A stretch of DNA of 32,000 nt from Xanthomonas campestris pv. campestris str. ATCC 33913. GTDB taxonomy: Bacteria > Pseudomonadota > Gammaproteobacteria > Xanthomonadales > Xanthomonadaceae. The stretch covers positions 460,325 through 492,324 of the forward strand of contig NC_003902.1 of assembly GCF_000007145.1 (NCBI RefSeq), in the 5' to 3' direction. Each line of letters begins with the position of its first letter. Position 1 is the stretch's first letter. This document shows, in pieces, positions 17,500 to 25,167 of this stretch. The translations under genes and the position numbers were made by a program. The notes beneath the pieces were generated by a model. The model worked only from the letters and a program-made list of their open reading frames with translations, searched no databases and was not told the DNA's origin.

Positions 17500-17596
17500 C
17501 TGTCCATCCCTACCGCATCGGTGGCGCTGGCCTACATTCCATATCAGTGGTCTTCGTCTGTTCATCTATGGCTCATCTGTCCACTGCTGTCCATCC
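17500..17596 (+). repeat. cluster of four direct CTGT(C/T)CA repeats just inside attR
   Basis: The copies are CTGTCCATCC (17500), CTGTTCATC (17558), CTGTCCAC (17577) and CTGTCCATCC (17587). All are in the same orientation within 100 bp. Confidence 0.4.
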
Positions 17597-17695
17597 GCAC
17601 CCAATCGAGCCCCAAAACGTTGGGGGCATCCATGGGGGAATCGGTCCGCTACTAACTTGATTAAATCCATTTTAAACAAACGATTACGCGGAATG

Positions 17696-17720
17696 TCCGA
17701 ATCCCTTCGGGCGCACCAGA
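17696..17720 (+). repeat. attR-like direct repeat (copy of the tRNA-Arg 3' end)
   Basis: TCCGAATCCCTTCGGGCGCACCAGA compared with tRNA positions 4914-4938: two mismatches (4915/17697 and 4925/17707). Confidence 0.75.
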
Positions 17721-17726
17721 CATGAG

Positions 17727-17776
17727 TCGGCCCGTTTGTGATAGCACTGCCATTGCAAACGGGCCGATCGCGTTTT
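17727..17776 (+). terminator. 12-bp perfect stem-loop followed by a short T run; probable ancestral tRNA-Arg terminator, possibly also serving the convergent hpf-like gene
   Basis: TCGGCCCGTTTG (17727-17738) pairs with CAAACGGGCCGA (17756-17767) around a 17-nt loop, followed by TCGCGTTTTC. Confidence 0.5.
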
Positions 17777-17837
17777 CAGGGATGCGTGGGGCCATGGGCT
17801 GCCACAGGGCGGGTGTGCCCGCCCCGCAGTGCAGACC

Positions 17838-18179
17838 TTACAAGGGGTCTGGCGCCGGCGCGGTCGCCTTGGCCTGCTGCTTGCCGCGGGCGCTTTCGAT
17901 GGCGCTGCGCAGCTTGCGGGCCGCACCGGTGACCGCAGACGCGGTGGTTTCGGCGCTGTTGCTGGCAGCGATGGGCGGCAGGCCGGCGACATGGGCCTCG
18001 ATACTGCAGGTCCGATCCGCCGCACCGCCACGCTGGCCGTTCTCGTCGCGCAAATGCACTTCCACGCGGGTGATGTCGTGGGCAAAGTGCGCCAACTGCG
18101 CGGAACAGGTCTTCTCGACGTGCTGCACAACGGAGGGGTCATGCGGCACGTGGTTGTCGGTCTGGATCTGGATCTGCAT
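17838..18179 (-). CDS. HPF/RaiA-family ribosome-associated (hibernation) protein, short form
   Basis: The start is ATG 18179 with AAGGAG upstream. MQIQIQTDNHVPHDPSVVQHVEKTCSAQLAHFAHDITRVEVHLRDENGQRGGAADRTCSIEAHVAGLPPIAASNSAETTASAVTGAARKL matches the family pattern. Confidence 0.85.
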   Translation of the reverse strand: MQIQIQTDNHVPHDPSVVQHVEKTCSAQLAHFAHDITRVEVHLRDENGQRGGAADRTCSIEAHVAGLPPIAASNSAETTASAVTGAARKLRSAIESARGKQQAKATAPAPDPL

Positions 18180-18730
18180 AGGAGTCTCCTTCGCGGTCAT
18201 CCGCTGCGTCTGCCGCAGCGGTGATTCGATTCTGCGACAGCCAACTGTTGGCACGAGGTGACAGCCCGGCGCCGACGTTCATGCGCTGGTTGGCTGGCGT
18301 CGGCGAGCCATGTGGTGGGGGACTGGATGCCCAGGCACGCCAGGGCGTGCTGACTGGCGAGGACGCCTGTTGTCGGGTGACTGCGGCTGTCCCTAGCTGC
18401 TTGCCATTGCGCGCACTCCGCATTCGCCTACGTGAGCCTGTCTGGCTTCGATCACATGCTCAACTCGAACGTGGACTGTCTTCGGCTCACGTGGCTCATC
18501 GCCCTGGACACGGTCTCGACATGCACACCGCTCGCTGGGCTTCCCGACCCGGTCGGTTCGCCGGCCAATGGGCCCACTACGTGCACTGCGGGTTCCAATG
18601 GTCTCCGCTGGTGGGCGCACTCATCGCTGAATCGGCGCGGCCGGGGTGAGCCGGATTGCCGGAACCGCTCCGGGCGGTGGCTTAAGATTGCGGGCTCTGC
18701 GCATCGTCCGCGCCTGCCCGATACCTGCCC

Positions 18731-21196
18731 GTGTCTGAATTTCGAGTGGTTCCAACTGCCCATCGCGGCGTCGTGCGGCGCCTGCTGTTGCTGGTGGCGC
18801 TGTGGATGGTTTGCGTGGGTGCTGCGGTGGCGCAGGACGAGGACACGCTGCAGGAAAATGCGCAGGCCCAACTCGACAGCATGCAGAAGGTTCTCAAGCA
18901 GGCCGAAGCGGGGCTGGACAAGTCCGATAAGGATCAGCTCGGCAAGCTGACCGATGAGGTCACCGGCGCGCAGCGGCAGGCGCAGGATCTAGTGCGCACG
19001 TTGGATCCGCCGCTGAAGGAACTCAACGTGCGGCTGGAGGCGCTTGGCGTCAAGCAAGCAGGCGAGCCAAAAGACCTGACCAAGCAACGTGACTCGCTGG
19101 CCAAAGAACGAGATGGGCTGGATGCCGAATCCAAGCGCGCCATGCTGTTGGTCTCCGATGCCAAGGACCTGGCCGATCGGCTCGAGCGCGAACGCGTGCA
19201 ACGCTTCAGCGTGCAGCTCTCGACGCGCGTGGCCTCGCCGTTGTCGCCGGCATTCTGGAACCAGATTGCGCAGCAGTGGCCTGACGATCGCGCGCGCCTG
19301 CAGGCCTTGTCGGCCAGGACGGTGCAGATGGTGCAGGCCGGAACCGCCGCCAATGGCGTCGGCGGGCTGATCACCGGTGTGCTGATCGCGCTGTTGCTGG
19401 CCCTGCCGCTGCGCATCTTTCTGCGCCATCTGGGCCGGCGGTATGCCGCCTCGCGCGCGCCGGGCGGGCGCTTGCGACGCTCGGGGCTGGCATTGTGGTT
19501 TCTGCTGATCGGCACGCTGACGCTTGGAGTCGCGGCGTTTGTCCTGGTCGAAAGTATCCGCTCGCTCGGCCAAGTGGCGGAGGATCTGGACCAGCTGCTG
19601 ACCGGGTTTGTCGCGGTCAGTCTGGTGGCCGCCTTCGTGGGCTCGCTCAGTGCCAGCCTGCTGATGAAGCATCAACCCAGCTGGCGGTTGTTCCCGCTGG
19701 ATGACGCCACCGTCGATCGGCTGCGCGTGCATTGCCTGGCCACCGCAGCGGTGATCTGGTGCAGCGGCATGGGGTCCAAGATCAACGAGGCGGCGGGCAG
19801 CAGCCCGGCGTTGAATACAGCCACCGATGCGGTGGCGGCATTGCTGTATGCGGGGTTGATTCTGTCGGCGCTGGCGGGTCTGAGTCTGTCGTTGCGCGCG
19901 CACGCGGCCAATGCAGGCGTGGTCGATCCCGACAGCGACGCGCCACCACCGGTGGTCTCGCGCGGCGGCGGCTTCATCGTGCTGATCCGCCTGCTGGGAC
20001 ATCTGGCGGTGATCTTTGCGCTGATCGCCGCCTTGTTCGGCTATCTCAATCTGGCCTTGTTCGTGGAGCGGCAGATCATCTGGATCACCCTGGTCTGCAG
20101 CCTGCTCGGCTTGCTGGTGGTGTTCGCCGACGATCTGATGACCTGGCTGTTCAAACCCGATGGCCGTTTCAGCCGCGCGCTCGCGCACGCGCTCAGCATC
20201 GGCAGCGGGCGCCTGGTGCAGCTGGGATTGCTGATCTCGGCGGCGGCCCGCGTGGTGCTGGTGCTGTTGGGCATCGCGTTGCTGCTGACGCCGTATGGCG
20301 CAAATCTCAGCGTGGTGGCCGACTGGGCGGAGAACATCACCCACGGCATCAACATCGGCAAAGAGCTGGTGATCACCCCCGGCGATGTGTTCCGGGCGCT
20401 GTGCGTGTTCCTGCTGGGCATGGGGGTGGTGCATGTGGTGCAGCAGTGGTTGCTCAACACCTATCTGCCCAAGACCGAACTCGATGCCGGCGCACGTAAC
20501 TCCATCAGCACGGTGGCGCGCTATCTGGGCTGGTTGATCGTGGTGGTGTGGGGCCTGACTGCGCTGGGCCTGGATCTGAAACGGTTGGCGCTGGTGCTGA
20601 GCGCGTTGTCGGTGGGCATCGGGTTTGGCTTGCAGGCGATCACGCAGAACTTTGTGTCGGGCCTGATCCTGCTGGCCGAGCGGCCGGTGAAGATTGGCGA
20701 TTGGGTGCGCATTGGCGACCAGGAAGGCGATGTGCGCAAGATCAGCGTGCGCGCCACCGAGATCCAGGTCGGCGACCGCTCCACACTGATCGTGCCCAAC
20801 TCGGAATTGATCACCAAGAGCGTGCGCAACATGACCTTGTCCAATCCGTTGGGCCGGGTGCAATTGCAGTTCTCGGTGCCGCTGGAAACCGATGTGGCCA
20901 AGGTGCGCGACATGCTGCTGGAGTTGTTTGCCGAGCACACCAAGGTGCTGGCCGAGCCGGCGCCAGAGGTGTTCATCGACTCGCTGGCAGGCGGCCACGT
21001 CAACTTCAATTCGTTTGCCTATGTGCGCAGCCCGCGCGATTCGTACGGCGTGCGTAGCGAACTGTTCTTTGCGTTGCTGCAGCGTATGGACACTGCCGGT
21101 ATTGCGCTGCAATCGCCGCAGGAAATCCGCTTCAGCCGTGCGGGTGCGGCGGTGGCGCGCGATGCGGGCGATGCCACGCCTGCTTCGGAAGGCTGA
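18731..21196 (+). CDS. mechanosensitive ion channel, MscK/KefA-like (MscS family)
   Basis: The 821-aa protein has a signal-like N-terminus, a long coiled-coil periplasmic region and many TM helices. Its C-terminal MscS core is LSVGIGFGLQAITQNFVSGLILLAERPVKIGDWVRIGDQEGDVRKISVRATEIQ. The start codon is uncertain (GTG 18731 or downstream GTGs). Confidence 0.88.
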   Translation: MSEFRVVPTAHRGVVRRLLLLVALWMVCVGAAVAQDEDTLQENAQAQLDSMQKVLKQAEAGLDKSDKDQLGKLTDEVTGAQRQAQDLVRTLDPPLKELNVRLEALGVKQAGEPKDLTKQRDSLAKERDGLDAESKRAMLLVSDAKDLADRLERERVQRFSVQLSTRVASPLSPAFWNQIAQQWPDDRARLQALSARTVQMVQAGTAANGVGGLITGVLIALLLALPLRIFLRHLGRRYAASRAPGGRLRRSGLALWFLLIGTLTLGVAAFVLVESIRSLGQVAEDLDQLLTGFVAVSLVAAFVGSLSASLLMKHQPSWRLFPLDDATVDRLRVHCLATAAVIWCSGMGSKINEAAGSSPALNTATDAVAALLYAGLILSALAGLSLSLRAHAANAGVVDPDSDAPPPVVSRGGGFIVLIRLLGHLAVIFALIAALFGYLNLALFVERQIIWITLVCSLLGLLVVFADDLMTWLFKPDGRFSRALAHALSIGSGRLVQLGLLISAAARVVLVLLGIALLLTPYGANLSVVADWAENITHGINIGKELVITPGDVFRALCVFLLGMGVVHVVQQWLLNTYLPKTELDAGARNSISTVARYLGWLIVVVWGLTALGLDLKRLALVLSALSVGIGFGLQAITQNFVSGLILLAERPVKIGDWVRIGDQEGDVRKISVRATEIQVGDRSTLIVPNSELITKSVRNMTLSNPLGRVQLQFSVPLETDVAKVRDMLLELFAEHTKVLAEPAPEVFIDSLAGGHVNFNSFAYVRSPRDSYGVRSELFFALLQRMDTAGIALQSPQEIRFSRAGAAVARDAGDATPASEG

Positions 21197-21776
21197 GCTG
21201 GCGTGCGCGTGTGGTGCGCTGTTAATGCGTCAGCGCGGTGGAAGCGCGGCGGTAGGTCGGCTACGGCGTCATCTGGATGGTTCCAGGCCGGGTGGGCGGA
21301 AGGCGGTGCCTCAGCGCAGGAGGCATCTGACGTGACGACCAGCCCCCGCGCATCGTCCCTATCCGGTCACGCCGCGTGTCGCTCACCGTCTCTTCGTTCC
21401 GTCGACGAGCCGGAATAACGAATCGCCGCTGGCTTCACACATAGGACGACCGGGATTTGAATCGTCGCGCGTCCAGGCGCGGTCGACTGCCTGGATCAAC
21501 CGTCTGATCTGTTGAGTGCGCGGTGCCCTCAGCGCTTCCGGGACACGCCGTGAATCTGTCCGTGGAGGCTCCTTAGCGTCATCCATGCCAAGGGTCGCGC
21601 AAACGGTGAGGACACCGCGCCGGAGAGTTGGTCGGTGGTCACCTGAAAAGCGGCGGTCGCAACATGCATCCGAAGTTGAGCCGGCTAACCACTATCGAAC
21701 AGAGTGCATCAAACACTGCTTGTGCCATGCACACCGATCATCCCCACTGGTCCTTGACCGCCCACCGGCACGGGAC

Positions 21777-21802
21777 CTTATGCGGCATGGATGCCGCATA
21801 AG
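21777..21802. repeat. perfect 12-bp-arm palindrome CTTATGCGGCAT-GG-ATGCCGCATAAG
   Basis: Read directly from the sequence. It lies in a stretch of about 1 kb without a convincing gene. Confidence 0.6.
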
Positions 21803-22224
21803 AGCCTCCATGGACGGATTCACGGCGTGTCCCGCGCCGGTGGGCGGGCGAGGGCCCTGCAGCCAGGGCGCAGAACACATGCTTGGCTTTGGTGTCCGCT
21901 CCGGCTCCGGCGTTGCCTCTTCCACACCGCCTTTTTCAAACCAGGACGACTGCCTTTAGCTGCTGGCGTTCAATGCGCAGTGAAACCGACAGCATCGCCA
22001 ACCCCGATGCCACACACGCCAACGCCAGCTTGGTCGAGCGCGCAACGGGCTTGCCACTTCAAGGGCTTGTCGCGAATGCATCCATGGAAACCCAGGTGCC
22101 GGCGCTGGTGTCGCCTCAATGCCCCGCACGCCGTGAGGACACCGCCTCGGAAGCTGCAGATCCATGTGCCACATGCCGCAGCAAACAACAGCAACGCCCG
22201 CCTGCTGGCCGTGCAGAGACCCGA

Positions 22225-24333
22225 TCAGGAGCGATCCGCAACCGCGGTGTCCTTGACCAATGCCAGGTCGTCCACGCTCACCTCTTCGGTGTAGTCCAGC
22301 CAGGCGCGGATCTCCAGATCCTCCACTGCATGCTCCAGGCCGACCGGCATGCGGATGCGGCCGGAGGCGTCGGGCACCACCCATTGCTGGGCCAGCACCA
22401 CCTTGCGTTCGGACGACACGGCTTCGACCCAGAACGCGCGGGTTGGGCGGCGTTTGGCGTAAAGCTCGAGCATGTAGCGCCCGGCCTCGGTCTTGCGCGC
22501 GGCCTGGGTGAGCATGATCGGCTGACGCACGCGCGGGCGCGGCGCTTGCGGGGTGACATCCAGCGGCGCATCCACGGCGATGCCGCGGGTGAGGTCGGGG
22601 TCGCGGTACAGCTTCATGTGCTGATTGCGATCCACCACCAGCGCACACCAGTCGCCATCGGCCGAGCCGTCTTCGAAGGCGGTGCAACGGTCCACATAGG
22701 CCAGCGTGCCGTCGCTGTGGGTGCGGTCGAACTGGCGCGAGGTGTTTTCCAGATACACCGTCTTGAGGTTGGTGTTGTCGTCGTATTCCAGTAGCACCGG
22801 CGGGCGCACCTGCTGCACGCCCACCACCACATCGCCATTGCCGTTGACACGCAACATGCGCGTGCTGCGCCCGGTCCATAACGTGCGTGCATAGGCCAGA
22901 TAGCGCGGATAGTTTTTGCCGCTGTCACGACTGGCGGCAACGCTTGCACTTGGCGGGGCGTCATTGGCCAGCAGCGAGCGGCCGAAGCCCAGCGTGCGCA
23001 TGCCCGGTTCCAGCAATTGCAGCAGCGTGGCGCCCGAATCCAGGGTGCTGCCGGCGCGCGTGACCACCTGTTGCGGCGGAATGTCCTTGCCGAGGAACAG
23101 CAACAGGTTTTCGCGTTTTTGCTTGGCCAGCACGTCGCTGAGATCGTTGGGCATGGCCAGGTGATCGGAGGCGATCACGATGATGGTGTTGCGGCCGTAG
23201 CGGCTGTTGCGGATGCGCGTGACCAGCCGACCAATCAGCCGGTCGCTGCACTTGATGGCATGCAGCAGCCCGATGTCACCCAGCGGGCTCTCATAACGCT
23301 GGTTCTTGCACGCCAGCGGCAGGTGGCCGGCAGGATGATGGGTGTCCATGGTCAAGGTGGTGAGCATGAACGGCTGGCCGGCGCGCGAGAGCGTCTGGAA
23401 GCTATCCCAGGCATCATCGAGCAAGACATCGTCGTGCACGCCCCATGCGGAGAAATGCTTCGGCGCTACCCCCTTGTCGTGGAAGTAATTCACGTCGTGC
23501 ACCACGTCGAAGCCGTGGCTGGCCAGAAAGCTGCCCTTGCCGGCGAAGCTGGCATCGGCGCCGCCCACGTAGTGATTGCGGTAGCCCTGGTCCTTGAGAT
23601 AGTCGCCCAGGCAACGCGCCTCGGGCAGGAACAGGCCCATGCGCCCCATGCTGTTCTCATCGCCTGGGGCAGTGGTTAGCGGCACGCCGCACATCGAAGC
23701 GACCATGCCGGCAATGGTCCAGCCGCTGCCTTCGGTGGAGGTGAGGTTGCGCACGTCCACTGCTTCGGTGGCGAGCTGGTGCAGATTGGGCATCAAGCCG
23801 GGAAACGTCGCTTCGTCGAAGTAGGTGCGCTCCAGGCTTTCGCCATAGATCCAGACGATGTTCTTGCGCTTTTGCAGCGGCTGCTGCGGCACCTGGTATT
23901 CCGGCACCACGGTGGCGTAATCGACCGGGCGCAACTGGTAGTACAGCCGCTTGCCATCGCGATACAGCGGGCTGACCGCCACGCTCACCAACAGCATCAC
24001 CACGAACGCACCGAACACCGCACCGCCGCCACGCGGGCGCCGGAAACGGCGCACCCGCAACAGCACCAGCGGGCTGAGCGAGAGCAGCACCATGCCGATA
24101 AACACGGCGATGTAGCCGGAAAAATCGCTGACGCCGGCGCCGTCCATGTCCGCGCGCAGGTGGTAGAGCGTTGCGGCATTGACGCCGTCGCCACTGAGCC
24201 GATCGACCAGGCCCCACGCGCTGAGCAACAGCAACAATAACGACAGCAGCCCGGCTTTCAGCCACGCCAGACGCGGCGACGCCACCAGCAACAAGAGCAA
24301 CAGCAACAACGACAGCGCCAAAATCCAATGCAT
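22225..24333 (-). CDS. opgB: phosphoglycerol transferase I (osmoregulated periplasmic glucan modification), sulfatase-fold
   Basis: The start is ATG 24333 (MHWILALSLLLLLLL...). There are N-terminal TM helices. Strong blocks are shared by eye with E. coli OpgB/MdoB: IYGESLERTYFDE, TIAGMVASMCGVPL, CLGDYLK, FAGKGSFLASHGFD, LTMDTHHP, ASDHLAM. Confidence 0.85.
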   Translation of the reverse strand: MHWILALSLLLLLLLLVASPRLAWLKAGLLSLLLLLLSAWGLVDRLSGDGVNAATLYHLRADMDGAGVSDFSGYIAVFIGMVLLSLSPLVLLRVRRFRRPRGGGAVFGAFVVMLLVSVAVSPLYRDGKRLYYQLRPVDYATVVPEYQVPQQPLQKRKNIVWIYGESLERTYFDEATFPGLMPNLHQLATEAVDVRNLTSTEGSGWTIAGMVASMCGVPLTTAPGDENSMGRMGLFLPEARCLGDYLKDQGYRNHYVGGADASFAGKGSFLASHGFDVVHDVNYFHDKGVAPKHFSAWGVHDDVLLDDAWDSFQTLSRAGQPFMLTTLTMDTHHPAGHLPLACKNQRYESPLGDIGLLHAIKCSDRLIGRLVTRIRNSRYGRNTIIVIASDHLAMPNDLSDVLAKQKRENLLLFLGKDIPPQQVVTRAGSTLDSGATLLQLLEPGMRTLGFGRSLLANDAPPSASVAASRDSGKNYPRYLAYARTLWTGRSTRMLRVNGNGDVVVGVQQVRPPVLLEYDDNTNLKTVYLENTSRQFDRTHSDGTLAYVDRCTAFEDGSADGDWCALVVDRNQHMKLYRDPDLTRGIAVDAPLDVTPQAPRPRVRQPIMLTQAARKTEAGRYMLELYAKRRPTRAFWVEAVSSERKVVLAQQWVVPDASGRIRMPVGLEHAVEDLEIRAWLDYTEEVSVDDLALVKDTAVADRS

Positions 24334-24905
24334 GTGCAGCGTCCGTGGGGGAAAGAGGCGAGCACGCACCGCACGCTTTGCTCGCCGTGTCCTTGGCTTT
24401 CACGCGAAATGTGACACCGGGATGACGGACTATGCCGCGACAAAGCTGACTGAAATGTTTGTTGAGGGCCCTGATGTAGTGTTGCGGCCACTGTGCGCGC
24501 TGCTTTGCCAGGCGGGTTGCTTTCTCGCCGAAGCGCGTGTGGACGCGGGGGCGCCCTGCGCACGCTGCGCGATGCCGGCGTATTGGCGCGGTTCTGCCCG
24601 CTCTGACCTGCACGATTGAATGGCGCAGTGCTGGCCGTCAGAGCCACATGCAGTGTGGTGCAAGACGCGTGGGGAGCGAATCGTTGTCTGGAGAACGACT
24701 GATAGCGGCGCGGATTGCTATGGGGCATCAAACACCAGGCAGGAAATGCGCATGGCGTTTGTGGCGCTGCTGCCCAGGGACATCTTCGAATGCTCGCGCA
24801 GCTGCGGCATGTGTTCGGTGCGTTGGCGAACGCAAGCTAGGTGCGTGCGGTTGAAAGCACGCGTTCATTGCGCTGTTGCGCGATAGCGAGAAATCATCGG
24901 CGGTG

Positions 24906-24945
24906 CCGATCAACCGATCAACCGATCAACCGATCAACTGATCAG
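24906..24945. repeat. 8-bp tandem repeat (CCGATCAA)x4 plus a degenerate fifth unit CTGATCAG
   Basis: Read directly from the sequence. Every unit carries GATC, and the tract is intergenic. Confidence 0.9.
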
Positions 24946-25167
24946 CCGGGCTGCCTGCGATCGGGCTGGCACCGGCGCTTTTCGCCAACCAGATGCGCCA
25001 CGGCCGCTTTACGCTCTTCGATGATGTCGCAAGCCAGATCCATGCAGGCAACCACGACGCCGGCGTGCAGACACCTTTGACTTCAACGCCACTGCCACCG
25101 CCCATATGCGGCGTCGAACGCCTAACGAAGAACAGGCGCACAAGCAGCAGGCACCAACCATCCCGCG

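Larger units (their letters stand above)
4937..17720 (+). mobile_element. decayed tRNA-Arg-associated genomic island (about 12.8 kb)
   Basis: The island lies between the tRNA 3' end and a 23/25 direct copy of that end. An integrase stump sits immediately next to the tRNA, and there are two IS elements. The cargo from about 9.3 to 16.2 kb is visibly more A/T-rich than the flanks. For example, my hand count gives 31/60 G+C for line 10441-10500 against 37/60 for line 1-60. Confidence 0.7.

Noticed and set aside
18249-18263. A TGGCAC motif resembles the -24 element of a sigma-54 promoter, upstream of the MscK-like gene.
   Set aside because: The expected -12 element (TTGC about 5 nt later) is absent, and the sequence there reads GACAG. 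A single hexamer match is expected by chance.
18989-21112. A 707-aa minus-strand ORF lies opposite the MscK-like gene.
   Set aside because: It is an antisense shadow ORF rich in Gln, His, Arg and Ala. The plus-strand frame carries a clear MscS domain.
21883-22879. ORFs of 303 aa (plus strand) and 307 aa (minus strand) reach from the gap region into opgB.
   Set aside because: Most of their length overlaps the strongly supported opgB frame. The parts inside the gap have poor codon bias.
24942-25043. A 33-codon minus-strand ORF has good G/C3 bias and ends in the tandem repeat.
   Set aside because: It is too short, has no Shine-Dalgarno sequence upstream and has no recognisable family. It is mentioned only as a possibility under the 24334-25167 finding.
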